A DNA stretch of 63,486 nt, filler included, from Choristocarpus tenellus KU-1152 (lineage: Eukaryota; Protista; Phaeophyceae): assembly GCA_964200185.2 (NCBI GenBank). It is 13 parts of 13 records of this genome, joined end to end, with 100 filler letters (N's around TTAATTAATTAA, not from the genome) between each part and the next. Parts side by side here need not be neighbours in the genome. Positions count along the whole stretch, not along the records: positions 6,115 to 12,332 come from CAXNAD020008656.1; positions 12,433 to 17,286 come from CAXNAD020012786.1; positions 17,387 to 22,961 come from CAXNAD020010375.1; positions 23,062 to 29,292 come from CAXNAD020008620.1; 9 more parts are not named here. One strand, 5' to 3'. The notes below the pieces were generated by a model. It was not told where the DNA came from, ran no database searches, and saw only the letters and a program-made list of their open reading frames with translations. Position numbers and translations under genes: made by a program. This document shows, one piece after another, positions 12,307 to 25,138 of this stretch (the first letter of the stretch is position 1; each line of letters opens with the position of its first letter).

Positions 12307-13887
12307 GGGTCAAAGTATCTGGGGGGGGGGAGNNNNNNNNNNNNNNNNNNNNNNNNNNNNNNNNNNNNNNNNNNNNTTAATTAATTAANNNNNNNNNNNN
12401 NNNNNNNNNNNNNNNNNNNNNNNNNNNNNNNNTTAAAATATTCCAGTTATATTTACGCTGAATAAAAAAAAATACATGCACACACTGGCAAGTATACATT
12501 TTTTTTTTCCCCCCCCCCCCCCAAACGCTAATGTTCTCAAAGTAAATAAGATTTGACAGCAAATGACTCTTCTCTTCCGTAACCCCTAACCTCTCTCTCT
12601 CTTCCCGTCAATTTGGGGTTAGGGTTAAACAATTTAAATTTAAAATGCAACAAAACAAACGGTCTTTGCCAGCGAGGAAGCCAAGCAGAGACCATTACAA
12701 AAACAATAAAAAAGCAACACGTGCATTCTCATCACAACTCTAAAGAAAAACGAAAAAAACTCGACTTGGGAACCTTCTAACACACACTAATAAAATAAAA
12801 ATCGGAAGGGTTGACCACCAATTATAAAATATTTAAAATTGAGACACCCCTCGCCCCTCGCCCATCCCCCACACCCCTCACTCTTTGTCTCAGCCACAAC
12901 CAAGACAACCCACAGATAAGGGGAGATTGGGAATAAAACACAAACATTTCAATACCCCGTACTGCCCACAAAGAATCACAATCAAGTGTTCACGACATCA
13001 TCAACGAATAAAAAAACTCCTCTAAAAAACCCCTACAACAAGCACCTGCAGAGATTAAAATAAAATATAGCAAAAACAAATTCATGACAAGAGGCTCTAT
13101 GCATACACACCTATCTATATACATACATATATTTTTCTCTCTTTTTCACAACAAAGTGGTTAATAAATCAAACCCATCGCGCACGCACGAGGAGCAACCG
13201 ATAACACCACACAAATCAATCCTGCGAGCAAACGCACGAGGGAAAAACAAATATTTCCCCTCTGTACAAACGCCAACCAAGGTCACAACTCCTTCCTCAA
13301 ACGGCAAGGAGGCGTGTCACACCTCATTGCAGGGGGGACCAACAGATAAGAAGGCGGAAGGCTTTTGTCCACATCAGCATAGGAGTTGTTGGGTTAGGTT
13401 CAGCAACACTTCTGTTAGAACTACCTGGGGTTAGGGTTAGGGTTACTACGCGCAAGAAAAAGGTATACCCCCTGTTGAGGGAAACAAGACAATTCTAGCC
13501 CTAACCCCAATACGATTGAAGTCTCTATCAATGAAAGGGTCTTGTTACACACATCTATCCGCTTCTTTTCCACCTCATCATCATCGGAGCACACACACAC
13601 ACAAAAGAATAAAAACAAAAGCACCCTGCACAACTAACGCCAACCAACCTCTCATCTAAACCCCCTCGCACTGTACCATTTACAACCAACAAAAAAAAAA
13701 CTCCAAAAAGGCCGCGGGATAAACTTTCAACACAATCCTCTACAAGAGCATCAAAGTACAGCATCAAAATAAACTATTCAGTAACCCCTCCCCTCCCCCC
13801 CCCCCCCCCCCCCCCCCCCCCAGGTACATGTTGTGATACTCCCTAGAGAGTACATTCTACATTCCTCCAGAAGGCAGCTCAACTCAC

Positions 13888-13954
13888 TCGGTCGAGGTAA
13901 GAAGTCACCAGACGCGGAACCGGCTTCACGTGCATGAAGTTGCATTGCCCTCCC
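13888..13954 (-). CDS. U2AF1: U2AF35 exon (end of ZnF2); RS-tail exon not found in this contig
   Basis: (R)GGQCNFMHVKPVPRLVTSYLDR; ttgcag| acceptor phase-compatible with the previous exon; |gtgagt donor. Confidence 0.9.
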
Positions 13955-15962
13955 CTGCAAGAACAACAATAATGTTTAAAACACACACACATACATACAC
14001 ATACATACACACAGGCATGTGTGGGGGGTTGAGACGGACGCGATGATATGATTTACATGAACTACAAAAAAAATTCTAAACGGTGAAGTATTAAAAAAAT
14101 AATAATAATGTTTTGAAAAAAATGTACTAATTTCAGTAGAGTCTTCAACCACAACCAGTACACTCACTACAAGGGTTTACGAAATCACTCACGCATAAAA
14201 TAAAATATAATAAAATGCTATTTGAATCAAAAGTGGGAGATTAAAAAAAAAGTGCAATGGAATCAGCGCAAGGAGCACTTGTTGCAATTGTGTTCTGATC
14301 TTTAAAAAACCCTTTTTCTTTTTTGAATGATTTAAAAAATAAATAAATTTATAAATCTTGCCCCTCTCTTCTTCTTTGAGAGAATCATCTATTGATGCCA
14401 ACAGGAATATTACTAATATTATTATTATCATGTATTTTTCGAGTGGGTGTATAGCGTCCGGGTTTATGTTAATCTGATCAGACTTTTGAATTCCCCCCCC
14501 CTCCCCAGTGAAACGTTGTACCCCAGGTTGTCGTAGGAGCTGGGGATCTAGAACCATAACAAACACAAATAACAACAGGACACCAAGATAATGTCTCACA
14601 CTCACAAACAAAAGTAGGGTTAGGGTATAGAAAAAAGACTTGACCCGTCCTTAGAAACTTAAGCAACATATAAACAAAGACAAACGCCTCCAAACAGAAG
14701 AAAAATAAAAATAGGGAGCGTCATAGCAAGACTCTCCTCTCCCTCCCTCCCCCTTCTCAACTATCAACACAGTTCTTTTTGGTGAGTCATCCCGCAGAAT
14801 TTATTTATATTTTTTTCATTCGTGGTTCTTTCCTCTCACTTTCTCTTACAACAAGAAATGGGGAGGTTAGGGTTAGGATTAGGGTTAGGGCTTAACATTT
14901 TTTTTCTGTTGCTGCGGTGGTGGGTGGGTGATTCTGACTGCAATTTGGAGGAGTGGGGGGGGGAGGTGATCTGATGTTTGGATGTGTGCACCGGGCAGGT
15001 CATTCCTCAGCTAAAAAAAAAATGAATTCTCAAGAGTGATGATACAGAGGAACGCCACGCAATAATCGCTACGATTTTATTTATATTACTTAAAAACGCC
15101 ATACGGGGAAAACATCCAATTGGCTTGGTTTGACCAATAGGCTCTTTTCGAGCATAACCAACCCCCCCCCCAAAAAACAAACAAACAAAACAACAACAGC
15201 AAACAAACACTTGAGGGGAATCTTAAAAAATCATTTAGTCTTAGCTCTTTCTATTTGGAGGCGCAAGCGCATGCCCAACGATCCACTCCCTACAGATACA
15301 CATAATACATACATATGTACATGTATGTACAGAGCTCATTGATTCGTGCATCTCAACTCTGTGTGCTGCATCTATCTCCTCCTTGCAATTCAGAATATCG
15401 AGTCCATTCCACCTGATGTTAAAAAGACCCAAAGACCCGGCTATCACAAAACTCTCCATTCACAACGCCTTCAGAAATAATACCAAAAAAAAGAGGCACA
15501 ACGTGGTAATCACAAACACAAAAGACCACACCCCAAACAGTACACACATCACATTAAAATAAGCAAAATGGTGCACACATCACACAGTCATGCCCTCCGG
15601 CCACTACAAAACCCACATCGCTACACCCACAACCAAACAGGTCCCTCTTAAGTATGGGCGGGTAAAATCAAAATGCCAACAAACCAATGCTGCCGCTACT
15701 TCAACTACAGTACTGCATCAACACCAACACTAGCACCTAACATACTCAACACCTGTATGTCACCAGGCCCACTCACCAGACCCCCCCAACCCCCCACCCA
15801 TCCACAAAGTACCACAAGATCAGTCAAAAGACACTCTACCGACACACTAAGGGAGTCAGTCAGTCAGTCAGTCAGTCAAAATACATCAGATTGAAACGCC
15901 TCCAGGTTTTCACGTTAAAAAAATAAATGGCAGTTATCTCTTTCTCTTTCTCTCTCTGTCAC

Positions 15963-16108
15963 CTGTTACAGGTCCCCTCATCAAACTGTCGACACCTAGC
16001 TTCTCTAAAGTCTGTCACCGGACTGAACTCACACATGATCGGCCTTCCAGCATACCAGCGACCCATCAGTCCCTTCAGGGCAGAATCCGCATCTTCCTCA
16101 TCCATGAA
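15963..16108 (-). CDS. U2AF1: U2AF35 exon (end of UHM, start of second CCCH zinc finger)
   Basis: FMDEEDADSALKGLMGRWYAGRPIMCEFSPVTDFREARCRQFDEGTCN(R); cag| acceptor and |gtgaca donor; ends in phase 2. Confidence 0.95.
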
Positions 16109-16237
16109 CTGCAACCAACACAGCACAACAAAAAAACAAATGTTAACTATCCTAAAAAAAAAGAAATTCCTCCCCCTCCCCTCCCCCCCAACACTCATAT
16201 TTTTCGTATTTCCCTTCCTCTTTCCTCTTCTTCCTTA

Positions 16238-16254
16238 GTGTGTGTGTGTGTGTG

Positions 16255-16310
<56 letters not shown>

Positions 16311-16322
16311 TGCGTGTATGTG
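16238..16322. repeat. (TG)n microsatellite in U2AF1 intron
   Basis: Directly visible. Confidence 0.9.
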
Positions 16323-16612
16323 TTCTTATGTAACATAAAAAATAAAAGGTGAAGATACTAACCCAAAAAGTACTGGACTGCACAACAGAAGGGAGAACAC
16401 ATTAAACAAAAAAAAAACACGCACACAAACATAATCTCTTCCACCACACCTCCCAAGATACACGGGCGACACTTCAAACCTCAATTCTTTTTTTTTCAAC
16501 TCACACTCCCATCCAGCAACCCCCCCTCAACAATAAATACATCTCTTCCTCTCTCATCCTCATCTCACTCAACAAACAAAAAACCTCAAGTAGATATATG
16601 TGTCCCCTTGGT

Positions 16613-16647
<35 letters not shown>

Positions 16648-16678
16648 CTCTCTCTCTCTCTATCTTTTTCTCTCTCAC

Positions 16679-16792
16679 CTTCACATACACATTTCCAACC
16701 AGATGGTCTCCCAAGTTGTCGCAGACGTTCATCTCCGCAATCTCTCCAAACTTTGTGAGCTCTTCATAAACCTCCTCGTAGAAGTCCTCAAA
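16679..16792 (-). CDS. U2AF1: U2 snRNP auxiliary factor small subunit (U2AF35), UHM/RRM exon
   Basis: [38 protein letters not shown]; tag| acceptor and |gtgaga donor; 114 nt. Confidence 0.95.
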
Positions 16793-18104
16793 CTAAAAAA
16801 ATAAACACAAGACACAAGCAAGAACAGTTAGTTCGTTCATCACAACCGGCAGTTACATTTGAAAACAAAAGAAAAATAAGGAGCGCTCGTATGTGTGTGC
16901 GAAGGCGTTTGTGGGGCGATATGGAGAGGGGGAGGGGGAGGGGGGATCGGAATAGACCAACAAAAGAGTCAGGCCCTTCAAGACCCATTCAAACAAACAA
17001 ACACACACACACACAACATATCATGAAAAGGGGCCTGATAAAAGGCCCAACACAAAAACAATCATGATCCCAATCAAAAACCAAATCGGAACTACAGCGG
17101 CACTAAAAAAAAAAACAGTAACCACAAAATAATACAAACGCCTACCACTTGCAGAACCCTTCCATCAAGCACATGGCAGAACGAGCAACCCTAACCCTAA
17201 CCCCCCTACGCCTACATCACGTACAACCTAACGAAAAATTACAACCCCTACTCACACACAACTCCCACACCAACACACGCTACCTCNNNNNNNNNNNNNN
17301 NNNNNNNNNNNNNNNNNNNNNNNNNNNNNNTTAATTAATTAANNNNNNNNNNNNNNNNNNNNNNNNNNNNNNNNNNNNNNNNNNNNAGACACCAAGCAAT
17401 CTCGCCAGGTTTATCACCTTTATGTTCTTTGATGATTTTGGGGATACTTTAACACATGTTCGACCAATTTGTTTCTACACGTTCCTCTCTATAAACAGTT
17501 CCAAGATCCCTTGTACCAGCCTTGGCGAAAGAACGAACATGCACCTCACGTTAGGAATTCTCTCGTTATTGCTGTCATGTACAACCCTAATTCGGGTTAG
17601 GCATAGATGGCGTTACTGTCCCCCACACTACATCCATCCCCAAGAGATCGTTGGTACAAACACACACAATGCCGACACGCTCTCAGCTACATTCCTGACC
17701 GCACCATACTGTGCAAAGTAATAGCAATTGATACCCCACCGCCTTATGTACAAAGTTTTTCAGGTCTACGATGATACCAATTTTGACCACTGTTAGGTTG
17801 CAAACTGTCTGAAATATCTTTCAGAACCTCCGCATACAACCGAATTGTGAGTGCAAGTACTATCGCGTCAAAATCGGTGTAGCCACTATGAACGTGGGGA
17901 TGTCTATCTGGGCGTATAGAGCGCCGGTCTGTCACCACCAGCAACGATTTTTTTCATGTACACGAAGAGGCCTCAATGTCATAGCGGTTTGAAATTCAGA
18001 GGGAAAATGCAAGATTGTTAACGTGTGTGGTGTTGAGCAGTTTGGGTCGCGTATCTACCCCTCATTGCACACACGACGATCATGAACATAAGCACTAGCC
18101 CCTA

Positions 18105-19160
18105 CGCAATGATCTGAGTTCATTTGCATTCGAACTTCGTACAAAGCAGTTGTCAATAGTGGTCCCACCAACGTTGCTACTCGATGCCCAGTAATTTATT
18201 ATCATTGAGACCGAGTTCACACCAGCTGATAATAGTGTCCCCACCAATGTTGCCACTCAATGCCCAGTATTTATTACCATTGAGACCGTGTATACACCAC
18301 CTGTCGATGGTGTCCCCACCAACGTTGCCACTCAATGCCCAGTATTTATTACCATTGAGACCGTGTTCACACCAGCTGTCAACAGTGTCCCAACCAACTT
18401 TTGCTACTCAATGCCCATATCATTACCATTGAGACCGTTTACACACCAGCTGTCAATAGTGTACCCACCAACGTTGCTACTTAATGCCCAGTACTTATTA
18501 CCATTGAGACTGTGTACGCATCAGCTGTCAACAGTGTCCCCACCAGCTTTGCCACTCAATGCCCAGTATTTAATACCATTGAGACCGTGTTCACACCAGC
18601 TGTCAACAGTGTCCCCACCAGCTTTTCCACTCAATGCCCAGTATTTAATACCATTGAGACCGTGTAACACACTAGCTGTCAATAGTGGTCACATCAACTT
18701 TAATTCTCAATGCTCGGTATTTATTATCATTGAGACCGTGTACACACCAGCTGTCAATAGTGTGACCACCAACGTTGCTACTCAATGCCCAGTACTTATT
18801 ACCATTGAGACTGTGTACGCATCAGCTGTCAACAGTGTCCCCACCAGCTTTGCCACTCAATGCCCAGTATTTATTACCGTTGAGACCGTGTACACACCAG
18901 CTGTCAATAGTGGTAATATCAACTTTAATTCTCAATGCTCGGTATTTATTACCATTGAGGCCGTGTACAAATCAGCAGTCTCCAGTGGTCCCACTAACGT
19001 TGCTACGCAACCCTCCATAATTTTATCAGTGGTGAAACTATTTCAAAACCAGCCGTATATAGTGATCACACCACCATTACCATACGATGCTCTCTAAATG
19101 TTTTTCTTGAAACAGTTCACAAACCGGCTGTCAGCAGCAGTGCCACCGTCACTTACCCCG
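18105..19160 (+). repeat. 75-bp tandem array (~14 units, outer units degenerate), translating as TQCPVFITIETVYTPAVNSVPTNVA
   Basis: ctcaatgc anchor recurs at about 18256, 18331, 18407, 18555, 18630, 18706, 18781, 18856 and 18931; ORF 18288-19097 crosses the array. Confidence 0.95.
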
Positions 19161-19411
19161 CTTGCATGTTTCGTTCGACCAGCTCCAAGAATAACCGGAC
19201 GTCGAAGTACCATAAGCTTTTGTGGCGATTTACAACCGTGTAATCCCTTATTTCTCTTGTCAGAGCACCGTGCACACCATACCCTGTCGAGATATTGAAC
19301 CATCCAAAGCCTCCATCCCACCCTAACTCCCCTCCCCCCCCCAATGTCCAGCAGTGTAAGCTCTGAAACCAATGCCCATGAGCCTAACACACGTTAATCT
19401 CCTTGAACAGT

Positions 19412-19589
19412 GGTTCAAAGTATCCGGGGGGGTGGTGGTGGCTGTCCATTTGGGGTCAATTTTTTCTTGTCGCGATTTTTGGGTGATTTAGTTGCATACG
19501 TCGGATGGATAATGTAACTGCACTTTTCCTGGTCTTAGCCCAAATGGACACCCTGGTGTAGACAGCTCCCCCCCCAGATACTTTGGGAG
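19412..19589. mobile_element. ~180-bp MITE with CAAAGTATC-G(n) TIRs
   Basis: Inverted caaagtatc.ggggg / cccccagatactttg ends; internal sequence shared with copies at 5890, 24869, 54439 and 57480. Confidence 0.85.
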
Positions 19590-20631
19590 AAACACGCAAC
19601 TCCATCCCGGCAAAGAGACATGTTTGGCCCTACATATAATACGTCAACGTATTGGTCATACAACGGCTATCGTCAGATTTTATTCCATCAAATCCAACCG
19701 AACTTAACCGAAATTGGAACATCGGATGCAGTGACATATGTGGAGGGTATTCCGACAACTGATCCGAAATAGAGGAAGGATTCCAAGAACCTAATCCAAG
19801 TGCGACAAAAATCGTGCTGTTGAATGTTACGTAATGACACCCTCGATGCACACATCGCAAGCCTCCGATACAATTGATGCTTTCCCGATAACGTTCGTGT
19901 ATCGCATCGAAACACAAGCCCGATTCCCTTCTCGCGTTTCGACCTCAACGCGAGCGCAAATATGATAAAAACCACGGTTGCAGTGCTTTTCAAATTGATG
20001 GATTCTGCCGTCCGTCCAAACACAACAAATTTCTCCGTTCCAAAATTTCCATAGCGTTTCAAACTAGTGCATTCATCCTTTCCCTGTGCATTTCAAATTT
20101 TTGTGTGCCTGCATTCCCTGCGTGTTCCAAAATGGTACATACTATCGCCACCCAAGTTTGCCGCTCCTTTGAAATTGATGGCTTCTGCCGTCCGACAAAA
20201 TACATAGGATTACCGCTTTACTGCATCCCCTATGCCAAACACAAACTGGTGTGTGGATGCTCTCCCTATGACTAACTCAACTTAGTACATTCATGCTTTC
20301 TCTGTGCAATTCAAATGATGTGTTCCTGCGTTCCCTATGCCTTTCGCCTTGGTACATTTTGCCGTTTGCCACATGTTGTCAAGTCGCAGTCTCCACGTAA
20401 AACTCTAAACCATCTTTATGATGACAACAACGCTTCGCTGATACGACTCACACATGGAACTATGGTCTCCAAAAATCCACCCAAATATATCCAACCACTC
20501 TAACTCCTTTGCTTCCTCCTTTTCCTCGCCCTTTGCCTCGTCCTTTGCCCTATCATTAACCTCCCACTTTGCCTCATTGTTTGCCTCCTCATGTACTGTA
20601 ACAGAGGTCATCCGAGTCACAAGCATTATCA

Positions 20632-22084
20632 TTATGCCGGAAAATATCGCCAAGTCCGAACACGACCTTGATGACTTCAAGGAAGAATGCGTGTCGCCCA
20701 CAAGAACACGGTCGCGAATCTCCAGACCCAACCAGGAGGCATCATTATTTCATGCACTGTCCTCTCCGACAATCACGACCCGGATTATATCCAACTCCTC
20801 GTTGACAACCTCTCAACCTTCTACAATTTTACACTCTCCAAGACACTGGTAGAGGGTGGCGTATCTACGCCTGAGAATAGTGGAGGACTCCACTCCGATA
20901 GTGATGAAGAGGAACAGGACATGCCACCGCCTAACCCGGCACAAGGTGTGAGGAGTGGGATACGCTATGGGGGAAGAGCGGCAACCCCAACCTCGGAACA
21001 CGACTCTACTGGCGATAGGGACCGATCTGGTTCTAGCGTTTTGTCATCTTCAGACGAAGATGTCGAGGAAGATATGGGGGAGGTGCTAGACACTCAATCG
21101 GACTCCATGCCTGGGGGGAATCACCCTGGAATGCCGCCATTCGTCCATGCAGTGGGTAGCAGTGGGGACGAGTCCGTTGATCTAGACACAACGGATAAAA
21201 GGGTGAGGAATGACGAGATTGGGGAGCGAAGTTGGACCTCCATCCTTGCGGATTCGACGGAACCTACGGTTGCAAGGAAATCATCAGATCCTTTGCTGAG
21301 AGACAGGCCTTCGGCGAAGAAGGCAATACTTGATAAGACTAAAACTTTGGTCAATAGGAAGAAGAGGTAGGCAACAGCTGTTGGACGCATCAGACCCTCC
21401 AAACAGCCTCGTGCAAACGATGGTCATGAAGGAAAAAAAAGGTTCTTCACCAACATATTCGCCTCTGCCAGTACGAACAGAGAGGCGGAAACAGCAGCAA
21501 CAAACAAAAGAACGCATCAGAGATACACACTGATCATCAAAGGTTCAGATGCCACGGTCCAGGATGATGATGGGGATAGTTCCGCACTTGGTGATGACCC
21601 CTGCTCCACACAGGAATTGGTCAACTCAGGCAGTCCAACCATTGTGGGTATAACATAAGCTTTCATGGAGGCGTGCGTGACGGAACTCCTCCGATTGGCC
21701 ACAAAATCTGCATATTCGCAGTACCGTATCCAGACAAAGATCCTAACCCAGGTCATATACGACCATGGGTTCAGGCTAGTCAAGGCCAGCAGAGCGTCGA
21801 AAAATCACGTCCAAGGGGATCACTGTTATGTACATGAGGAAATCATAAAAAACCTGAGTGGTGATGGAGGGAAGCCGAAGAGCACGTTGCGTCCGGAGCA
21901 TGTGGAAGTCCTCCGTGCAAGGAAAGCCACATTTATGAGCCTGGTGTAGCCAGAACCGTGGAACGAGAGGTATTCCACGCGACTGAACCTCTTGCACCAA
22001 TTAACCGAGGCCTACCCTAAACTTGTAGAGTGGTGGGAGAAGGGCGAGGAGTGCCAATTCCAATCCGCCCATCAGTTAATATAG
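20632..22084 (+). pseudogene. decayed intronless ORF (~480 codons) of unknown, probably TE or viral, origin
   Basis: ORFs 20687-21370 and 21665-21949 and the sequence between and after them share one frame broken only by isolated stops; acidic S/D-rich middle, basic NLS-like RKKR, helical C-terminus. Confidence 0.55.
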
Positions 22085-22527
22085 AGCCTTGTTCGTTTCA
22101 CATTTTTCTTGAAGTACGGGTCGCGTTACTTTTGTCTGATTCGGGGCAAACTGTACCTTAGAAGGTTAGGGTTAGCATGTTCATGGAGTTTCGATCCGAT
22201 GGGTTATGCATTTCCACAATGGTATCGGGTACATGCAGACTAGTCGGAGGTGTCAGTGCATCATATATGACACTCATCTTGAGGGTTATACTTATGTTGT
22301 TCTTTTTTCACAAAGTGTGTGTCCAATCCAAGATTCAGACTGCTGAAATATATAATAGTTTCTAACCAACTCTTCGCGTTCTTTTTGGCCAAGTTTCCAA
22401 ACACCTCGCCAAGGCCTGCATTAGACACCTTATCTTCTTACCAGCCGCTAACTATTCTCTTAACCCTACCTAGCTCCCCTCTACTTCTCATTCTTCCATG
22501 TACCACATCAAAACTAACTGTACATCA

Positions 22528-22961
22528 GAGTGAAAGTATCTTAGAGGGTACGAGTTTTGCCCTGTTTGTGAGTCAAAGTAGTATCTTAGAGGGTAGGCGC
22601 GCGTCCATTTGACGGTCAAAACCCAGTGTCGCAATTTTGATGTAATTTTGGCTATCATGTTTGTTAGGAAGTGTCAATATACTTGTTCCGGACACACCTT
22701 TTCATAACGTATGCATTTTACCTACACTGAAGTCATTGGAGTAGGTAAAATGTCATCAAAAACCCGTGGGAGGCCAAGCCCCAAATGGACAAACAGGGCA
22801 AAACTCGTACCCTCTAAAGATACTTTCACTAACATTGGAAGCCAATTGGCTTCCAATGTTTTTTTTCTGACATTTTCCTACTCCAAAATATTTCGGAGTA
22901 GGTAAAATGCGTACACATTATGAGTGAAAGTATCTTAGAGGGTACGAGTTTTGCCCTGTTT
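22528..22961. mobile_element. nested cluster of three copies of the GAGTGAAAGTATCTTAGAGGGTA-TIR MITE
   Basis: Left end at 22528, a full inverted copy at 22570-22831 inserted in it, and a third left end at 22922. Confidence 0.85.
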
Positions 22962-23659
22962 NNNNNNNNNNNNNNNNNNNNNNNNNNNNNNNNNNNNNNN
23001 NNNNNTTAATTAATTAANNNNNNNNNNNNNNNNNNNNNNNNNNNNNNNNNNNNNNNNNNNNTGACCATTGAAAATGGCTCTAGGCTCTTCACGCTTGGTA
23101 CCGATGAATCCCTTCCATAACGGAGGGCATGGGAATAGTTGGTTTTGATTGAGAACAAGGACGAGGAGTAGCACCCAGTAGAGTAGAGACGATACCGTCT
23201 CGTGTATCCACATCCCCACTATACGGAGTCATCATGGATAACAGATGCTCTAGGATGAGAGCCTTGGGGACCGGGTGTCTATGGGTGGAAAGACGCTTCA
23301 CCGCACGCTCCGGTCCCCTATCCTTTCTCTGTACAGCTCGTAGAAGAAGGCAACAGGGTTGGCTTGGCAGAGGTAGGGCTGATGCCGCTTGCAGCCCAGG
23401 CATCCTCCTAAAGGCGAAGGTGTTGTGTGTTTTGAAACATAAGGTTCTCCACCTGTCATTTCTCGACACAGTTCAGTACAATTAACTATCAACCGTTAGT
23501 CTGCTCACTAGTAATGGCTCCTTAGTGTACAATTACAGATGTTGTATTGCATCGATCTGCATGATACATGAGCACAACCCACCGTTGCACTCTGTATGGT
23601 GTTGAAACATAGGCTGCGTCCTCCACGATCTATAGTGCAGTTGAGTACAATACATATAT

Positions 23660-23882
23660 TATTATGCCCTCTAACATTTTGCAGATGTGTGAGAGAAAAG
23701 GCTTAACCAGTATCACAAGGACCCCTGTAAAAGTAATGGTGATCGTAAACGTGAAAGATGCCTTTCCAATGACTATGGACTATTTGAGTACCAGCCGTAC
23801 TACAGCACTCCCTTAAAGGTTGGTAATTCCAATGATATGTGTACATTGATGCCATGCCTCCAACCTAGCTTAGCCCTACAAA
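23660..23882 (-). mobile_element. ~220-bp retroposed copy of the CRE 3' end (truncated LINE or SINE)
   Basis: Ends ...cacatctgcaaaatgttagagggcataataat; collinear with 59243-59465 and partly with 36430-36607. Confidence 0.7.
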
Positions 23883-24868
23883 CGTGGATGAGAAGCGAAG
23901 GAAGCATCATCCCAAGAATCTGACAGGCCCGTTGTTGCCCATTAGTTTGGCCATAGCAACATCAACCTTTCACGAGTTGTGAATGCAAGATTCCAGACAC
24001 ATTTGGACATAAGAACAGTATGTCCTTGTGCTATTTTTGAAAGCTCATGATAGTACAAGAGTGACCTTGCCAAGCAGCGGCTAAGCGTCCCTGTTGCACT
24101 CCTTCTGAGTTTCGGTAGAAACATACCAAAATGCATATGGTGGCCCGATCTGTGCTCGCCTATTAACTTACAGTATAAGATTTGAGGAAAGAGTATGGAG
24201 GTATTGCAAGAAGACGACCTCGACATGATCTACCCACTCCTTTCTCACTAGTTCCCCAGGGCAATTACTTTTCATTAAGATGGTATCTTGAAAGATACTC
24301 TCATTTTTCGTGAGCATTTTATAGTGACTGCTTGTTGTGTCCACCTTTGCTATCAGCAGTAACTATTTATCTATTTTTGGAACATCATATCAAGCAAATA
24401 TTGTGTTATCCTTAGTCCAATAATATCACAAAGTGCTGGATACCTTGTTTCACACCTTATATTTCTTGACAAAATAAGAGAAACAGGTCATATCATTTTT
24501 TTTTTGTCGGCGTCATGTAAATTGCCTACGTTCGCAATGTAGCCACTGCCTTTTAAGTAAATTACATTCTAACAGTAGTTGTTGTTTTTTGAAGGAAGTG
24601 GGGTATTTGAGAGCACAGGGAAATGACTGTTAGAAGTCGCAGCACTGCAAATATTGTCAACCCCAACTTGCCTTGTCGAGCAAGAGTGTATTACTCTTCG
24701 ACTTGACAATTGCCGTCTGATGAGACCTCTGTAGCTGATTGTCTGAGCTCGCAACACCTTGGGAGGGGACTGTTCGGAGATTCTTATACTTGAGGTCTAC
24801 GTAGACGTGGTAATATTTGGCACGATAATCGGAAGAAAGTTGGATGGAAGATAATGAACAAATCAAAA

Positions 24869-25138
24869 GACTCAAAGTATCTGGGAGGNNNNNNNNNNGG
24901 ATATTATTGAACAAAAAAATGAAAAAAAGTGGGAAAAAAAAAAAAAAAAAAAAAAAAACACCTAAAGTGTGGGGGGGGGGGGGGGGGGTCTGCACCAGAG
25001 TGTCCATTTGAACCAAAACCAGGAAAAGCGCACTTTCATTATCCACCCAACGTATGGAACCATATCACCCAAAAATCGCGACATGAGAAAATTGGTCCCA
25101 ACTGGACAGCCGCCACCCCCCACCAGATACTTTGAGCC
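24869..25138. mobile_element. MITE with CAAAGTATC-G(n) TIRs and AAAA TSD (contains a 10-N gap)
   Basis: GACTCAAAGTATC...GATACTTTGAGCC flanked by AAAA on both sides. Confidence 0.8.

Noticed and set aside
18105-19160. CRISPR array, or a minus-strand propeller-like repeat (SNVGGDTIDSWCVHGLNGNKYWALS)
   Set aside because: There are no unique spacers. The minus frame has TGA stops in several units, and variation falls on its first codon positions.
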